Notes: generated by a model from the sequence alone, not told the origin. A stretch of DNA of 64,000 nucleotides from an uncultured delta proteobacterium (GCA_963736855.1 CAVTQK010000024.1:1-64000); one strand, 5' to 3'. Shown: positions 52,820 to 63,650, numbered from the stretch's first letter. A program made the numbers and translations.

Positions 52820-53572
52820 ATGGATGACGAACAGCGGGAAACCTCTTTTGGCAGGTATTTGCGCACCTTTCGTGAGCAAAGGGGAATGCGCATCCAAGAA
52901 TTGTCGGAGCTGACCAAAATCCCGATCCATGTTCTCCGAAACCTCGAGGGGGAATCTCTCCACAGACTCCCTGAACCGGTTTATGTGAAAGGGTTTATCC
53001 GGTCTTATGCCAGAGCCGTGGGCGCCGATCCGACAGAGGCTGTTGGGCTATACCTGAAAAAGGCTCCGACCATCGACAGACCCGGCGATTTTTGTGTGGA
53101 ACGACCAGAAATCCGGAAGCGGTTTTGGCCGGGCCTCCTCCTTTCCTTAGTCGGGTTTATCGGAATCGTTCTTTTTTCCGTATGGGGAATGTCGGTGATA
53201 AAAAAACGGTCCGAACCCACCCGAGAACCGGTCATCGAGGCCGCAGTCGCCGTTCAAGAAGATAAAGGAACAGATGGTGAGCCGAGACAAAAACCCGTTG
53301 CTACCGATCCCTCCGAGGCCGTTCAGCCTATGCTTTCTGAAGGGTATCTTCTTGACCTGAAGGCTATCATGGACACCTGGGTTCGGGTGACCATCGACGA
53401 TCATGACCCGAAGGAATACCTCCTGAAAACAGGAGATCAACTGGCGTTGAAGGCGACTTCCGGCTTTTTGCTGCACATCGGAAATTCGGCCGGTATTACC
53501 ATGAAGCTCAATGGAGCCCCTTTTTTATTCGAAGGCAAAAGAGGACAGCCCGTTAAACTCAAACTTCCGTGA
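52820..53572 (+). CDS. RodZ-like HTH-TM-DUF4115 protein
   Basis: FGRYLR..RE, YVKGFIRSYA, TM segment, WVRVTID...IGNSAG. Confidence 0.8.
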   Translation: MDDEQRETSFGRYLRTFREQRGMRIQELSELTKIPIHVLRNLEGESLHRLPEPVYVKGFIRSYARAVGADPTEAVGLYLKKAPTIDRPGDFCVERPEIRKRFWPGLLLSLVGFIGIVLFSVWGMSVIKKRSEPTREPVIEAAVAVQEDKGTDGEPRQKPVATDPSEAVQPMLSEGYLLDLKAIMDTWVRVTIDDHDPKEYLLKTGDQLALKATSGFLLHIGNSAGITMKLNGAPFLFEGKRGQPVKLKLP

Positions 53573-53589
53573 GTGAAGGGGAACCCTAA

Positions 53590-54942
53590 ATGGCCAACGA
53601 TCGGAACCGTATATTGGTGGAAAGCATCAAGCGTCTCCTCAGACGGGGAGCGACTTCGCACCTGACCAAGATCGTCAACATGGCACATGCGGCCGATCTT
53701 TCTGCCATCTTCAGATCGCTGTCCGGTTCAAACCAGAAGAAACTGTTCGACCTCATCAACGACATCGAGAAGAAGGGATTCCTGCTCATGGAGCTGGATG
53801 AAGATATCCTTCTTGATCTTGTGGAAGGGATGGACACGGATCTCCTGGTAAAGATCCTGGAAAAACTTCCCGAAAACGATGCTGCCGATCTGCTCAGCGT
53901 CCTGCCGGAGGAAAAGGCCGACATCCTACTCAAGAAGATGAAAGAGAAGGGGGTGGAGGATGTGGTGGATCTCCTCAAGTATGACGAGGAGACGGCGGGC
54001 CGTATCATGGTAACGGACGTCATTGCCTTGAAACAGGACATGACCGTCAAGGAAGCCATCGCGAACATCCAGAAAGAACATGAAGATGCGGAGATGCCCT
54101 TTTACCTCTATGTGGTGGACGATTACGGAAAGCTCGTGGGCGTAAGCTCTCTGAGGCAGCTGGTTTTGGTACCTCCTGAAACGCAGCTCAAAGATATCAT
54201 GGCGACCGACGTGATCTCTGTTCAGCCCGAAATGGACCAGGAGGAAGTGGCCCGGATCGTGGCCCGTTACGATTTCCTGGCGGTTCCGGTAGTGGACGAG
54301 GGTCACCGATTGGTCGGTATCGTCACCGTGGATGACATCATTGACGTACTGCGAAGTGAGGCGACGGAAGACATCCTTAAAATGGCCGGCGCCGGCGAGG
54401 AATTCGTGGAGACCAAGTCCGTTTTCAAAAGCATCCGGATCAGGCTTCCCTGGCTTTTCGCCAGCTGCATCGGCGGCATTCTTGCATCCCTGATCGTCGG
54501 CTATTTTTCCGGAATGTTAAATAAAATGGTTTACCTTGTTGCTTTTATGCCTGTTATCGCAGGCATGGGAGGGAATGTCGGAACGCAATCCTCCACCATC
54601 GTTGTTCGCGGTCTGGCCATGGGCCGAATCAACATTCGGGATATCATGAAGGTGGTCCTGAAGGAAATCTCCACCGGTTTCATCCTTGGTTTGATCTATG
54701 GTCTCATCATCGCTTTTGTGGCCGAATTCCGTTACAGTGTCGAATTTTTATCCCTGTCCGTCGGGCTTGCAATGATATGTTCGATGTCCATGGCGGCCCT
54801 CATGGGATCTCTGTTACCCATGCTGTTTGCCAGGGTGCATATCGATCCGGCTGTTGCCACCGGCCCCTTTGTGACCACCGCCACCGACATTGTCAGCGTT
54901 TTTTTCTACTTCCAGATTGCTTCGGTACTGTTGGGGATCTGA
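53590..54942 (+). CDS. mgtE: Magnesium transporter MgtE
   Basis: CBS pair, RLPWL, GMGGNVGTQS, DPAVATGPFVTT. Confidence 0.95.
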   Translation: MANDRNRILVESIKRLLRRGATSHLTKIVNMAHAADLSAIFRSLSGSNQKKLFDLINDIEKKGFLLMELDEDILLDLVEGMDTDLLVKILEKLPENDAADLLSVLPEEKADILLKKMKEKGVEDVVDLLKYDEETAGRIMVTDVIALKQDMTVKEAIANIQKEHEDAEMPFYLYVVDDYGKLVGVSSLRQLVLVPPETQLKDIMATDVISVQPEMDQEEVARIVARYDFLAVPVVDEGHRLVGIVTVDDIIDVLRSEATEDILKMAGAGEEFVETKSVFKSIRIRLPWLFASCIGGILASLIVGYFSGMLNKMVYLVAFMPVIAGMGGNVGTQSSTIVVRGLAMGRINIRDIMKVVLKEISTGFILGLIYGLIIAFVAEFRYSVEFLSLSVGLAMICSMSMAALMGSLLPMLFARVHIDPAVATGPFVTTATDIVSVFFYFQIASVLLGI

Positions 54943-54946
54943 TCCG

Positions 54947-55711
54947 ATGCTTATTTTTTCAAGCCCCGCCATTGTGTTGCGCCGTATGGATTTCGGAGAT
55001 TTCGACCTCATTCTGACCCTCTTCACTAAAAGCGACGGAAAAATTACGGTCATCGCTAAATCCGCCAAAAAAAGTACCCGGCGGTTTTCCGGTATCCTCG
55101 AGCCTTTTTCCACCATCGACGCGATATGCCGGCGGAGCAAGGGAAAGGGGATGCCGGTCTTGCAGGAGGCGAACCTCGTGAAGGCCCATCCCGCTATCCG
55201 CACCGATTTCAGGAAGACCGCTTACGCCGGCTACTGGGCGGAAATCATTATCGAGTGGAGCGAAGACGGGCACGAGCAGCCTTCCCTCTTTGAGCTCTTG
55301 GATCACGTCTTAGAAGGGCTCGATCAAGGGTGGATGCCGGATGAAGTCCTGTCTCTGCTCTTCCAGATCCGTTTTTTAAGGTTTACCGGCATGCATCCGA
55401 ACCTTACCCATTGCCGCGTGTGCGGAGCCGAGCTGGAAGGGATGCCGGGTTTGCTGGCCCTCTTTGATCTTGCAAAAGGCTCGCTGGTGTGTGAGAAGTG
55501 CAAATCGCCTTTGTCACGCCCGTTTTTTTTATCCAAAAGGCTTTTGAAACAACTCCAGTGGACGTCGGAGGCGGACCTGGATGCGGTCGGCCGCATCAAA
55601 TGGACCCCGGACACTGAAAGGGAAGCAAGTCATTTCCTGGAATCCTTTATCCCCCATCATTTAGGGAAATCCTTCCGAAGCCTGAAGGTATTGCGACAAT
55701 TGCGTCAATGA
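54947..55711 (+). CDS. recO: DNA repair protein RecO
   Basis: LRRMDFGDFDLILTLFT..GKI..IAK; CxxC...CxxC zinc motif. Confidence 0.9.
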   Translation: MLIFSSPAIVLRRMDFGDFDLILTLFTKSDGKITVIAKSAKKSTRRFSGILEPFSTIDAICRRSKGKGMPVLQEANLVKAHPAIRTDFRKTAYAGYWAEIIIEWSEDGHEQPSLFELLDHVLEGLDQGWMPDEVLSLLFQIRFLRFTGMHPNLTHCRVCGAELEGMPGLLALFDLAKGSLVCEKCKSPLSRPFFLSKRLLKQLQWTSEADLDAVGRIKWTPDTEREASHFLESFIPHHLGKSFRSLKVLRQLRQ

Positions 55712-56757
55712 AGGTGAACTTCCAAAAAATTCTCGAGAAATCTCCTGTCGAAGCATCCGCACCTTGCCGCATCGATGCGGGCGGGACTCTCGACATTTCC
55801 ACCTTCTATTTTCCATTACAGCACTTGGCCCCGAGTACTGTAAACATTGCCCTTGATTTACGCACCAGTGTGACATTGAACCCGTTTACAACGGGGAAGA
55901 TAAAGATTTCTTCCGCCGGTTTTAAAAGTGTTATCGTTTCACCCAACAGGGCTTCTTTTCGCCATCCCATGGGACTAATCTTTGCTGTCGCAGCCTATTT
56001 CAATGCTCAGGGTGTCCACATCCACATCGATTCCGCATCACCGCCCAAAAGCGCTTTAGGGGGATCTTCGGTAGCGGCAGTGGCGTTGATCGCGGCGTTT
56101 TCCAAGGTTTTTTCTCCGGATCAAAACCCGGTCCCTACTAAAGATCACATCGCCCTGTTGGCCCACGGGATCGAAGCGGGTGTGGCCGGCGTCCCTTGCG
56201 GCCTCCAGGATCAACTCGCTGCGGCCCACGGGGGCGTCAATGCATGGTACTGGAAAACCGACGGCGGGAAAACCCCTTTCCACCGTTTTTCCCTCCTTGC
56301 CAGGAGGAATTTCAAGGAGCTGCAACGGCATCTCCTTCTTTGCTATTGCGGAAAACCCCACGAATCGAAGGACATCAATGGAAAATGGATCCGGCAGTTT
56401 TTGGAAGGCCGGAACCGCGCGGTATGGGAGGCGATTATCTTAAACACCCACCGACTGGAAAAAGCCTTTGCCCAAAAAGATTTCAATGCTGCTGCCGAAG
56501 CGATTTTAAGCGAAACAAGACTGAGGTTGAAAATGACTCCCGATGTTCTGGACGTCACCGGAAAAAGGCTCTTCGAGTCCGCCAAGGCTGAAGGATGCGG
56601 GGCACGGTTTGCAGGCGCCGGAGGCGGAGGATGCGTATGGGCTGTGGGCGAGGCGGATCGCATGCTGTCGCTAAGGGAAGAATGGGAATCGATCATATCG
56701 AAGATAAAGGATGCGCGATTGTTACCGGTGGTCATAAACGGCATAGGGGTATTGTAA
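55708..56757 (+). CDS. GHMP-family sugar kinase
   Basis: APCRIDAGG, PPKSALGGSS, GLQDQ, GAGGGG. Confidence 0.85.
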   Translation: MKVNFQKILEKSPVEASAPCRIDAGGTLDISTFYFPLQHLAPSTVNIALDLRTSVTLNPFTTGKIKISSAGFKSVIVSPNRASFRHPMGLIFAVAAYFNAQGVHIHIDSASPPKSALGGSSVAAVALIAAFSKVFSPDQNPVPTKDHIALLAHGIEAGVAGVPCGLQDQLAAAHGGVNAWYWKTDGGKTPFHRFSLLARRNFKELQRHLLLCYCGKPHESKDINGKWIRQFLEGRNRAVWEAIILNTHRLEKAFAQKDFNAAAEAILSETRLRLKMTPDVLDVTGKRLFESAKAEGCGARFAGAGGGGCVWAVGEADRMLSLREEWESIISKIKDARLLPVVINGIGVL

Positions 56758-56822
56758 CGCCTCGGATTTGATGCTATAGGGAATCATCTTTAATTCCACC
56801 TAATCGACCGGATGATAACTTT

Positions 56823-56975
56823 GATGAAATCGAAAAAACTCAAAATTAGGATGGCAAAGTAAAAAGCTTCAGATACAAGGCGCGCAAATCCTGAGGAATG
56901 AGGCGTACATGTGGGTACGCCGCAATGACAAAGGATGCAGTGCAACGCAGCAGATGGACTTTTTACGAAGCCATC
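56823..56975 (-). mobile_element. 153-bp MITE, copy 2, with 6-bp TSD aacttt
   Basis: Reverse complement of 27555-27707 with few substitutions; aacttt at 56817-56822 and 56976-56981. Confidence 0.9.
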
Positions 56976-57001
56976 AACTTTAAACGACGAGGGTAAATGA
57001 T

Positions 57002-57877
57002 ATGTACTTTCAGGATGTCATCATGTCCTTGGAACGGTTCTGGGCACGCAAAGGATGCGTGATTGCCCAGCCGTACGATATGGAGGTGGGCGCAGGGACT
57101 TTTCACTGGACGACGCTCCTGCGGTCCCTCGGTCCAGAGCCCTGGAATGTGGCCTATGTGCAGCCTTCCAGACGGCCTACGGACGGGAGATATGGGGAGA
57201 ATCCCAACCGACTCCAGCATTACTACCAGTACCAGGTGATCCTGAAGCCGTCCCCGCTGGATGTACAGCAGCAATATCTCGAAAGCCTGCGTGCCCTGGG
57301 GATCGATCCGTTGGAACATGATATCCGGTTTGTGGAGGACGACTGGGAAAGCCCGACCCTCGGTGCTTCGGGCCTGGGATGGGAGGTCTGGCTGGACGGT
57401 ATGGAGATCACCCAGTTCACTTACTTCCAGCTGGCGGGAAGCATCGAGCTTTCCCCGATATCAGCGGAACTCACCTATGGCCTGGAGCGTATCGCGATGT
57501 ACCTTCAGGGCGTAGACAATGTCTATGATCTGGAGTGGAATGCCCACGTCCGCTACGGTGACGTTCATCACCAGCAGGAAGTGGAAGGATCTACTTACAA
57601 TTTCGAAAAAGCAAACATCCCGATGCTCCAGAACCTCTTCAGCCAGTATGAGGCCGAATCGGCGCGGCTTATCGAGATTCCGCTGGTGCTGCCGGCCTAC
57701 GATTATTGCCTGAAATGCTCTCACACGTTTAATTTGCTGGATGCTCGGGGTGCCATCAGCGTCACCGAGCGCACCGGTTATATCGCACGGATCCGGAACT
57801 TGGCGAGACGCTGCGCCGAAGCCTATTTGAAACAAAGAGAGTCCATGGGATTTCCGCTGCTCAACAGGGGAATATAA
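57002..57877 (+). CDS. glyQ: Glycine-tRNA ligase alpha subunit
   Basis: [31 protein letters not shown]. Confidence 0.97.
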   Translation: MYFQDVIMSLERFWARKGCVIAQPYDMEVGAGTFHWTTLLRSLGPEPWNVAYVQPSRRPTDGRYGENPNRLQHYYQYQVILKPSPLDVQQQYLESLRALGIDPLEHDIRFVEDDWESPTLGASGLGWEVWLDGMEITQFTYFQLAGSIELSPISAELTYGLERIAMYLQGVDNVYDLEWNAHVRYGDVHHQQEVEGSTYNFEKANIPMLQNLFSQYEAESARLIEIPLVLPAYDYCLKCSHTFNLLDARGAISVTERTGYIARIRNLARRCAEAYLKQRESMGFPLLNRGI

Positions 57878-57907
57878 TCCTGCAACACAAGAACCGAGAG
57901 GTTTAAG

Positions 57908-59989
57908 ATGATAAAAGATACACTGCTTCTAGAGATCGGGGCTGAGGAAATACCCGCAGGCTATATCGAACCGGCACTTGAGGCCTTGTCCGAAACGCTG
58001 CTGCGAAAGCTGGACGTCGCAAGAATTGCCCACGGTGGCGCTAAAGTTTTCGGGACACCGAGAAGACTGGCGGTGGAAATCCGGGATGTAGCGGACAAAC
58101 AGAAGGCACTTGCCGTGGAGATGATCGGTCCGCCCAAGAAGGTCAGCTTCGATGACAAAGGTCGGCCGACAGTGGCCGCAGAAAAATTTTCCGAAAAAGC
58201 CGGAGTGCCGGTAGGGAAACTAATCATCAAGGAAACGGAAAAGGGCCCTTATCTTTGTGCGCAAAGGGTGGAAAAGGGCAAGTCTGCCGTAACCATTCTT
58301 TCGACGCTTCTTCCCGAAGCCATTATTTCTACACCGTTTCCAAAGAGTATGCGGTGGGGAACTCTGTCCATCTCCTTCGCCCGGCCCATCCACACGATCC
58401 TTGCTTTGCTGGGGACCCGAATAATCCCGTTTACGCTCGGGAATATTAAAAGCGGGAGATATACCCTGGGTCATGGTTTCATGGCGCCTGGAAGGATCCG
58501 AATCGACCATCCCAAAGACTATGTGAAGAAACTGCAGCACGCTCATGTCCTCGTGGATATCCAGGAACGAAAAAATGCGGTTCGTAAGGCCGCCAAGAGA
58601 ACTGTCGAGAAGCTTGGTGGCAACGTCTTAGAAGATGAAGCCCTTTTAGACACCGTGACCCATCTGGTGGAATACCCGGTTCCTTCAGCAGGGAAATTCG
58701 ACGACAAGTTCCTTCAGCTTCCCGCTGAAATTCTCATTACCGCCATGCGTCGGCACCAGAAGTACTTCGCGGTAGTAAACGGAGGCGGAAGCCTGATGCC
58801 CCATTTCATCGCCGTCAACAACACGCGGACCCGGAAACCTTCTCTGGTGGCTACCGGCCATGAACGGGTCTTGAGGGCCCGACTTTCGGACGCGCAGTTT
58901 TTCTTTGAAAGCGACCTCCAGGATACCTTCGAACAGCGCGTAGAAAAGCTCAAAGGGGTTCTTTTTCAATCCGAGCTGGGGACCGTGCACGAAAAAGTCC
59001 GACGGGTCCAGGAAATGGCTGCGTATCTGGCGGATACAGTCCGACTCCCGGTCGATACCAAAAAGAATGTTGAAAAAGCCGCTTGGATTTGCAAGGCGGA
59101 TCTTGTCAGCCATGTGGTGAGAGAATTTCCCGAGCTTCAGGGGATCATGGGTCGGGTTTACGCATTAAAGTCCGGCGAGCCGAAATCGGTTGCCCAGGCC
59201 ATCGAGGAACACTACCGTCCGACGCATTCGGGCGGCGTTCTTCCCGAAGATCCGGTGGGCGCCTTATTGAGCATCGCCGACAAACTCGATTCCATCTGCG
59301 GATGCTTCAGCGTCGGCCTGATCCCCACGGGTGCATCGGATCCGTACGCCTTGAGGAGACAGGGCATCGGAATCGTATTGATTTTGCTTGCCCGCAATTT
59401 CCGGTTATCACTCAAGGATGCCATCCAAAAAAGCATCAGCCTCTTTCCCGAAAGCGTACGAAAAGATGCCGATGCCGCCGAAAAGATCCATATATTTTTA
59501 CAAAATCGGATGGTTCATCTTCTGGCGGAAGAAGGATTTGCCAAGGACGTCATCCAGGCGGTGACGGCTGTTTCCTCCGACTGTATTCCGGATGTTTGGG
59601 CTCGGGTTAAGGCTTTGGACCACCTGAGAAAAGCTCCCGATTTCGAACCGTTGGCCGTGGCCTTTAAACGTGTGGTCAACATCATCAAGCAGGCAGGAGA
59701 TATCGCCTTCTCCAATGTAGAGGAAACGATCTTCCAGGATCCCGCCGAAAAATCCCTTTACGAAGCTTATCAGAAAACAGCGGGGGATGTCGAAAAACAC
59801 CTTGAAAAAAGCGCTTTCGATAAAGCACTCGTCCGGATCGCTTCCTTGAGGAAACCGGTGGACGCATTTTTCGATGCTGTCCTGGTCATGGCAGAAGACG
59901 CGAGAATCCGGATGAACCGGTTGGCCGTGCTGTCTTGTATCGCCAGGCTCTTCGAGCGCTTTGCCGACTTCTCCAAAATTTCCACTTAA
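57908..59989 (+). CDS. glyS: Glycine-tRNA ligase beta subunit
   Basis: LLEIGAEEIP, TPRRL, HQKYF, EFPELQG, DPYALRR. Confidence 0.96.
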   Translation: MIKDTLLLEIGAEEIPAGYIEPALEALSETLLRKLDVARIAHGGAKVFGTPRRLAVEIRDVADKQKALAVEMIGPPKKVSFDDKGRPTVAAEKFSEKAGVPVGKLIIKETEKGPYLCAQRVEKGKSAVTILSTLLPEAIISTPFPKSMRWGTLSISFARPIHTILALLGTRIIPFTLGNIKSGRYTLGHGFMAPGRIRIDHPKDYVKKLQHAHVLVDIQERKNAVRKAAKRTVEKLGGNVLEDEALLDTVTHLVEYPVPSAGKFDDKFLQLPAEILITAMRRHQKYFAVVNGGGSLMPHFIAVNNTRTRKPSLVATGHERVLRARLSDAQFFFESDLQDTFEQRVEKLKGVLFQSELGTVHEKVRRVQEMAAYLADTVRLPVDTKKNVEKAAWICKADLVSHVVREFPELQGIMGRVYALKSGEPKSVAQAIEEHYRPTHSGGVLPEDPVGALLSIADKLDSICGCFSVGLIPTGASDPYALRRQGIGIVLILLARNFRLSLKDAIQKSISLFPESVRKDADAAEKIHIFLQNRMVHLLAEEGFAKDVIQAVTAVSSDCIPDVWARVKALDHLRKAPDFEPLAVAFKRVVNIIKQAGDIAFSNVEETIFQDPAEKSLYEAYQKTAGDVEKHLEKSAFDKALVRIASLRKPVDAFFDAVLVMAEDARIRMNRLAVLSCIARLFERFADFSKIST

Positions 59990-60215
59990 GCCCTTCCAAA
60001 CTCTCCAAGAAAACTCGAAAGGGCGGTCCATCCGTCGACCGCCCACAACGCATGTCTTCCATTAAAAAAAATTAAAAGACATCATTTTTTTCTTGTATTT
60101 TTAAAAAAGGAGCCTATATTCGCGCCAAATAGGGTAGACTTTGGTTTGGCCTATGAAAAATCCGTTTCCATTCAAATGCCGGCGGATAAGCCACCGGTAA
60201 AAGAAGGAGAGAGAC

Positions 60216-61631
60216 ATGCAGCGAGTAAACCGGATGATCCGAAAGACGATACGCCCTCCGTCGAATACCATGACAGGAGAGCAAGATGAGGACCCGCTAG
60301 GTACCGGGGCCCGACCCCAACCGGAAGAACACGTCCAACTTCCCCTATTCCGTCCCACCCGTGGGGTGCTCACTGTCATATCGTGCGAAAAGCGCCCTCC
60401 GCGCACGAGCCCCCAGACCCAACAATTTCGAAAGCGATTTTATCACAGTGTTTCCAAACAGCTTTGGAACGACTGGCATTGGCAGGTCAGCAATCGGATC
60501 CGTTCTCTCGCCCAATTGAAGGTCATGATAGATCTCAGCGATGAAGAGACGGCAGCCCTGTCCATGGAAGGGCACAAATTGCCGCTGGCTGTCACACCGT
60601 ATTACATGAGCCTCATTTCCCCGTCGGATCCCGATCAGCCCTTGCGCCGAACCATGATCCCCACGCTGCATGAGATGGTAAAGAGTCCGGAGGAGGCAGA
60701 GGATCCGTTGGGTGAAGATTCCCAAAGCCCGGTCCCGGGGCTGGTACACCGATACCCGGACCGCGTTTTGCTTTTGGTCCATGATTTTTGTGCCGCGTAC
60801 TGCAGGTACTGCACCCGGTCCCGGGTGGTGGGGAACGGAAAGCTCCTTTCGGACCGGCGGAGACTGGAAGTCGCCATAGACTACATTCAATCAAAGAAAG
60901 AAGTCCGGGACGTATTGATTTCAGGAGGAGACCCGCTCCTTTTGGGTGACGATCGCCTGAACTGGATCATGGATCGTCTTCGACGGATACCCCATGTGGA
61001 GGTCATCCGCATCGGAACAAAAGTTCCGGCGGTGTTGCCCCAGAGGGTGACGCCCAAGCTGGTTCGCATGCTCCAACATTACCATCCCCTGTGGATGAGT
61101 CTTCACTTCACCCACCCGGACGAATGCACCCCCGAGGCCTACCGGGCGTGTGCCATGCTGGCGGACGCCGGGATCCCTTTGGGATCGCAAACGGTGCTGT
61201 TGAAGGGCGTCAACGATTCGGTAGAGACCATGAAGGGTCTGGCGCATCATTTGATGCGGATGCGGGTGAGACCCTATTATCTGTATCAGTGCGATCCCAT
61301 TGTGGGTTCCGGCCATTTCCGGACCCCGGTGGAAACAGGGGTGAAAATCATCCGCGGCCTCAGGGGATTTACGAGCGGATATGCCGTACCCACGTATGTG
61401 ATCGACATTCCGGGGGGCGGCGGAAAGATTCCGATTTCCCCGGAATACGTGGAAGGAAGGGAAGGATCGGAGCTGTTGCTGCGCAATTTCGAGGGGAAGG
61501 CGTTCTGCTATGTCGATCCTTGCCCGAGTGTATCATCGGCAGCATTACCGGTTTTGGTTTCTTCGGGCGTTTCTGCCGAAACCGCAGCATCCATGCTATC
61601 GGTCTCCCATGAACATCGGCCTGACCTATGA
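60216..61631 (+). CDS. KamA-family radical SAM aminomutase (start uncertain)
   Basis: HRYPDR, CAAYCRYC, SGGDPL, RIGTK, HFTHP, RPYYLYQCD, PGGGGKIP (PLP lysine). Confidence 0.9.
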   Translation: MQRVNRMIRKTIRPPSNTMTGEQDEDPLGTGARPQPEEHVQLPLFRPTRGVLTVISCEKRPPRTSPQTQQFRKRFYHSVSKQLWNDWHWQVSNRIRSLAQLKVMIDLSDEETAALSMEGHKLPLAVTPYYMSLISPSDPDQPLRRTMIPTLHEMVKSPEEAEDPLGEDSQSPVPGLVHRYPDRVLLLVHDFCAAYCRYCTRSRVVGNGKLLSDRRRLEVAIDYIQSKKEVRDVLISGGDPLLLGDDRLNWIMDRLRRIPHVEVIRIGTKVPAVLPQRVTPKLVRMLQHYHPLWMSLHFTHPDECTPEAYRACAMLADAGIPLGSQTVLLKGVNDSVETMKGLAHHLMRMRVRPYYLYQCDPIVGSGHFRTPVETGVKIIRGLRGFTSGYAVPTYVIDIPGGGGKIPISPEYVEGREGSELLLRNFEGKAFCYVDPCPSVSSAALPVLVSSGVSAETAASMLSVSHEHRPDL

Positions 61632-62616
61632 CCTGAAGTCTTACTACCTGGCCAGGGGATTGAGCGAAGAAGCGGCGGCCGAGTTCGACCGGGAAGACAC
61701 GGTGGAGGCCATCGAGGCGGTGCTTACCGCCATGGGCCACCGCACCGAACGGATCGGCAATCTCTTCGAGCTGATCCCACGGCTTTCGGCCGGACACCGA
61801 TGGGACTTGGTATTCAACATTGCCGAGGGGCTTTACGGTATTGGCCGGGAAGCCCAGGTTCCTGCCGTCTTGGACGCCTTCGACATCCCGTATACATTTT
61901 CCGATCCGCTTGTATTGTGCCTGACCCTTCACAAGGGCATGACAAAGCGGGTTGTCCGGGATGCAGGGGTCCCCACCACGGATTTTGCAGTCGTCGAAAA
62001 ACCAGAAGACGTCGAAACGATTTCTTTTGAACCTCCTTTTTTTGTCAAACCCGTTGCGGAAGGGACGGGAAAGGGGATATCTTCGGCTTCGCGGGTCCAA
62101 GACGCAGCCGAGCTTACCACGTTTACGACCCGCCTCCTGATGAAATATCCCCAGGGAATCCTTGTAGAACGGTATTTGCCGGGCCGTGAGTTCACCGTCG
62201 GGATCCTCGGGACCGGAGATTCGGCTCGAGCACTGGGGACCATCGAAGTGCATCTGGAATCCCAGGCACAACCGGGGGCCTACGGATATGAGAATAAGAA
62301 GCATTACGAAGAATGGGTCCGATACCGTTTACTGTCCCCGGAAATGGACACGGTGGTGGCTGGGGCCGAGGCTTTATCCTTGAAAGCATGGCGTATCCTG
62401 GGATGTCGGGATGCCGGAAGAATAGACGTCCGTTGCGATGAGGCAGGCCAGCCTCAGTTCATCGAAGTCAACCCGCTGGCAGGGATCCACCCGATCCACT
62501 CGGATCTTCCCATCATCTGCAATTTGGCCGGTATTTCCTACCAGAATCTTATCGAGAAGATCATAGCCTCCGCCTGTTTACGCATTAAAAAACGAACCAA
62601 CAGCAGCGATACATGA
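61609..62616 (+). CDS. D-Ala-D-Ala ligase-like ATP-grasp protein 1
   Basis: VFNIAEG..GRE, VKPVAEGTGKG, LVERYLPGREFTV, RIDVR, IEVNPLAG; overlaps the kamA-like stop. Confidence 0.85.
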   Translation: MNIGLTYDLKSYYLARGLSEEAAAEFDREDTVEAIEAVLTAMGHRTERIGNLFELIPRLSAGHRWDLVFNIAEGLYGIGREAQVPAVLDAFDIPYTFSDPLVLCLTLHKGMTKRVVRDAGVPTTDFAVVEKPEDVETISFEPPFFVKPVAEGTGKGISSASRVQDAAELTTFTTRLLMKYPQGILVERYLPGREFTVGILGTGDSARALGTIEVHLESQAQPGAYGYENKKHYEEWVRYRLLSPEMDTVVAGAEALSLKAWRILGCRDAGRIDVRCDEAGQPQFIEVNPLAGIHPIHSDLPIICNLAGISYQNLIEKIIASACLRIKKRTNSSDT

Positions 62617-63632
62617 ACGTTGCCGTCGTCCACACCGCCGTTGCCGATGATAGCGCGCCGGATGACCAAGATGTTTTGTATCAGGTCGATGCAGTATCTG
62701 CCGGCCTGAAGGGTCTCGGCCATGCCGTTTGGGTCATCCCCTGCGATCTCGATCTGGCCGGGGTCAAATCCCGGCTTTTAACGGTCCGACCCCGGGTGAT
62801 CTTCAACCTGGTGGAGTCACTGGACGGGCATATGCGGCTCATTCATCTTTTTCCAGCGATGCTGGAAGCCATGGCCATGCCCTACACGGGGTCTTGCGCC
62901 GAAGTACTCTGGGTGACGACCCACAAGGGCATGGCAAAGGAAAAAATGTCCGCAGCCGGACTCCCCACACCGTCCTGGGTTTCAGCTGAGGCGGGGCGCG
63001 ATACACCTGAACCCCGATCATTTTTTTCAGATTCGGATGCGATCCAAAAACCATGGATTATCAAGTCCCTCTGGGAACACGCCTCCGTTGGGTTGGATGA
63101 AGATCGAATTGTATCGATGGAGTCTTTTAAAGAGCTTTCCGATCGCCTGCAGAAGATTTTTATTAAAACCGGAGACCCGTGCTTTGCCGAAGCCTACATC
63201 GACGGCCGCGAGTTCAATCTGTCGCTTCTGGGCGGACCAGGCGGACCCCAAGTCCTATCCCCAGCCGAGATCGTTTTCGAGGGATATGCCGATGATAAGC
63301 CCAAGATTGTGGGTTACAAGGCCAAATGGGAGCCCGACTCATGGGAATACCAGCATACCCCCAGGAGCTTCGATTTTCCGGACACGGATCAGTCCCTTAT
63401 GGATACGCTGAAAGATTTGGCCCTTTCCTGCTGGAGGGTTTTCGGATTGAAAGGATATGCCCGCATCGATTTCCGGGTGGACTCCGAGGGACGTCCCTGG
63501 ATCCTGGAGGTCAACGCCAATCCATGCCTGAGCCCCGATGCGGGCTTTTCGGCGGCCCTGAAGCACTCAGATATCTCATTTACCGAAGCTGTCGGCTGCA
63601 TTCTTGCCGATGCGCTTCGCCGGGGCTTTTAA
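62613..63632 (+). CDS. D-Ala-D-Ala ligase-like ATP-grasp protein 2
   Basis: FNLVES, IIKSLWEHASVG, EAYIDGREFN, YKAKW, YARIDFR, LEVNANPCLSPDAGF; ATGA overlap. Confidence 0.85.
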   Translation: MNVAVVHTAVADDSAPDDQDVLYQVDAVSAGLKGLGHAVWVIPCDLDLAGVKSRLLTVRPRVIFNLVESLDGHMRLIHLFPAMLEAMAMPYTGSCAEVLWVTTHKGMAKEKMSAAGLPTPSWVSAEAGRDTPEPRSFFSDSDAIQKPWIIKSLWEHASVGLDEDRIVSMESFKELSDRLQKIFIKTGDPCFAEAYIDGREFNLSLLGGPGGPQVLSPAEIVFEGYADDKPKIVGYKAKWEPDSWEYQHTPRSFDFPDTDQSLMDTLKDLALSCWRVFGLKGYARIDFRVDSEGRPWILEVNANPCLSPDAGFSAALKHSDISFTEAVGCILADALRRGF

Positions 63633-63650
63633 TGACATCGCCTTCCACCT

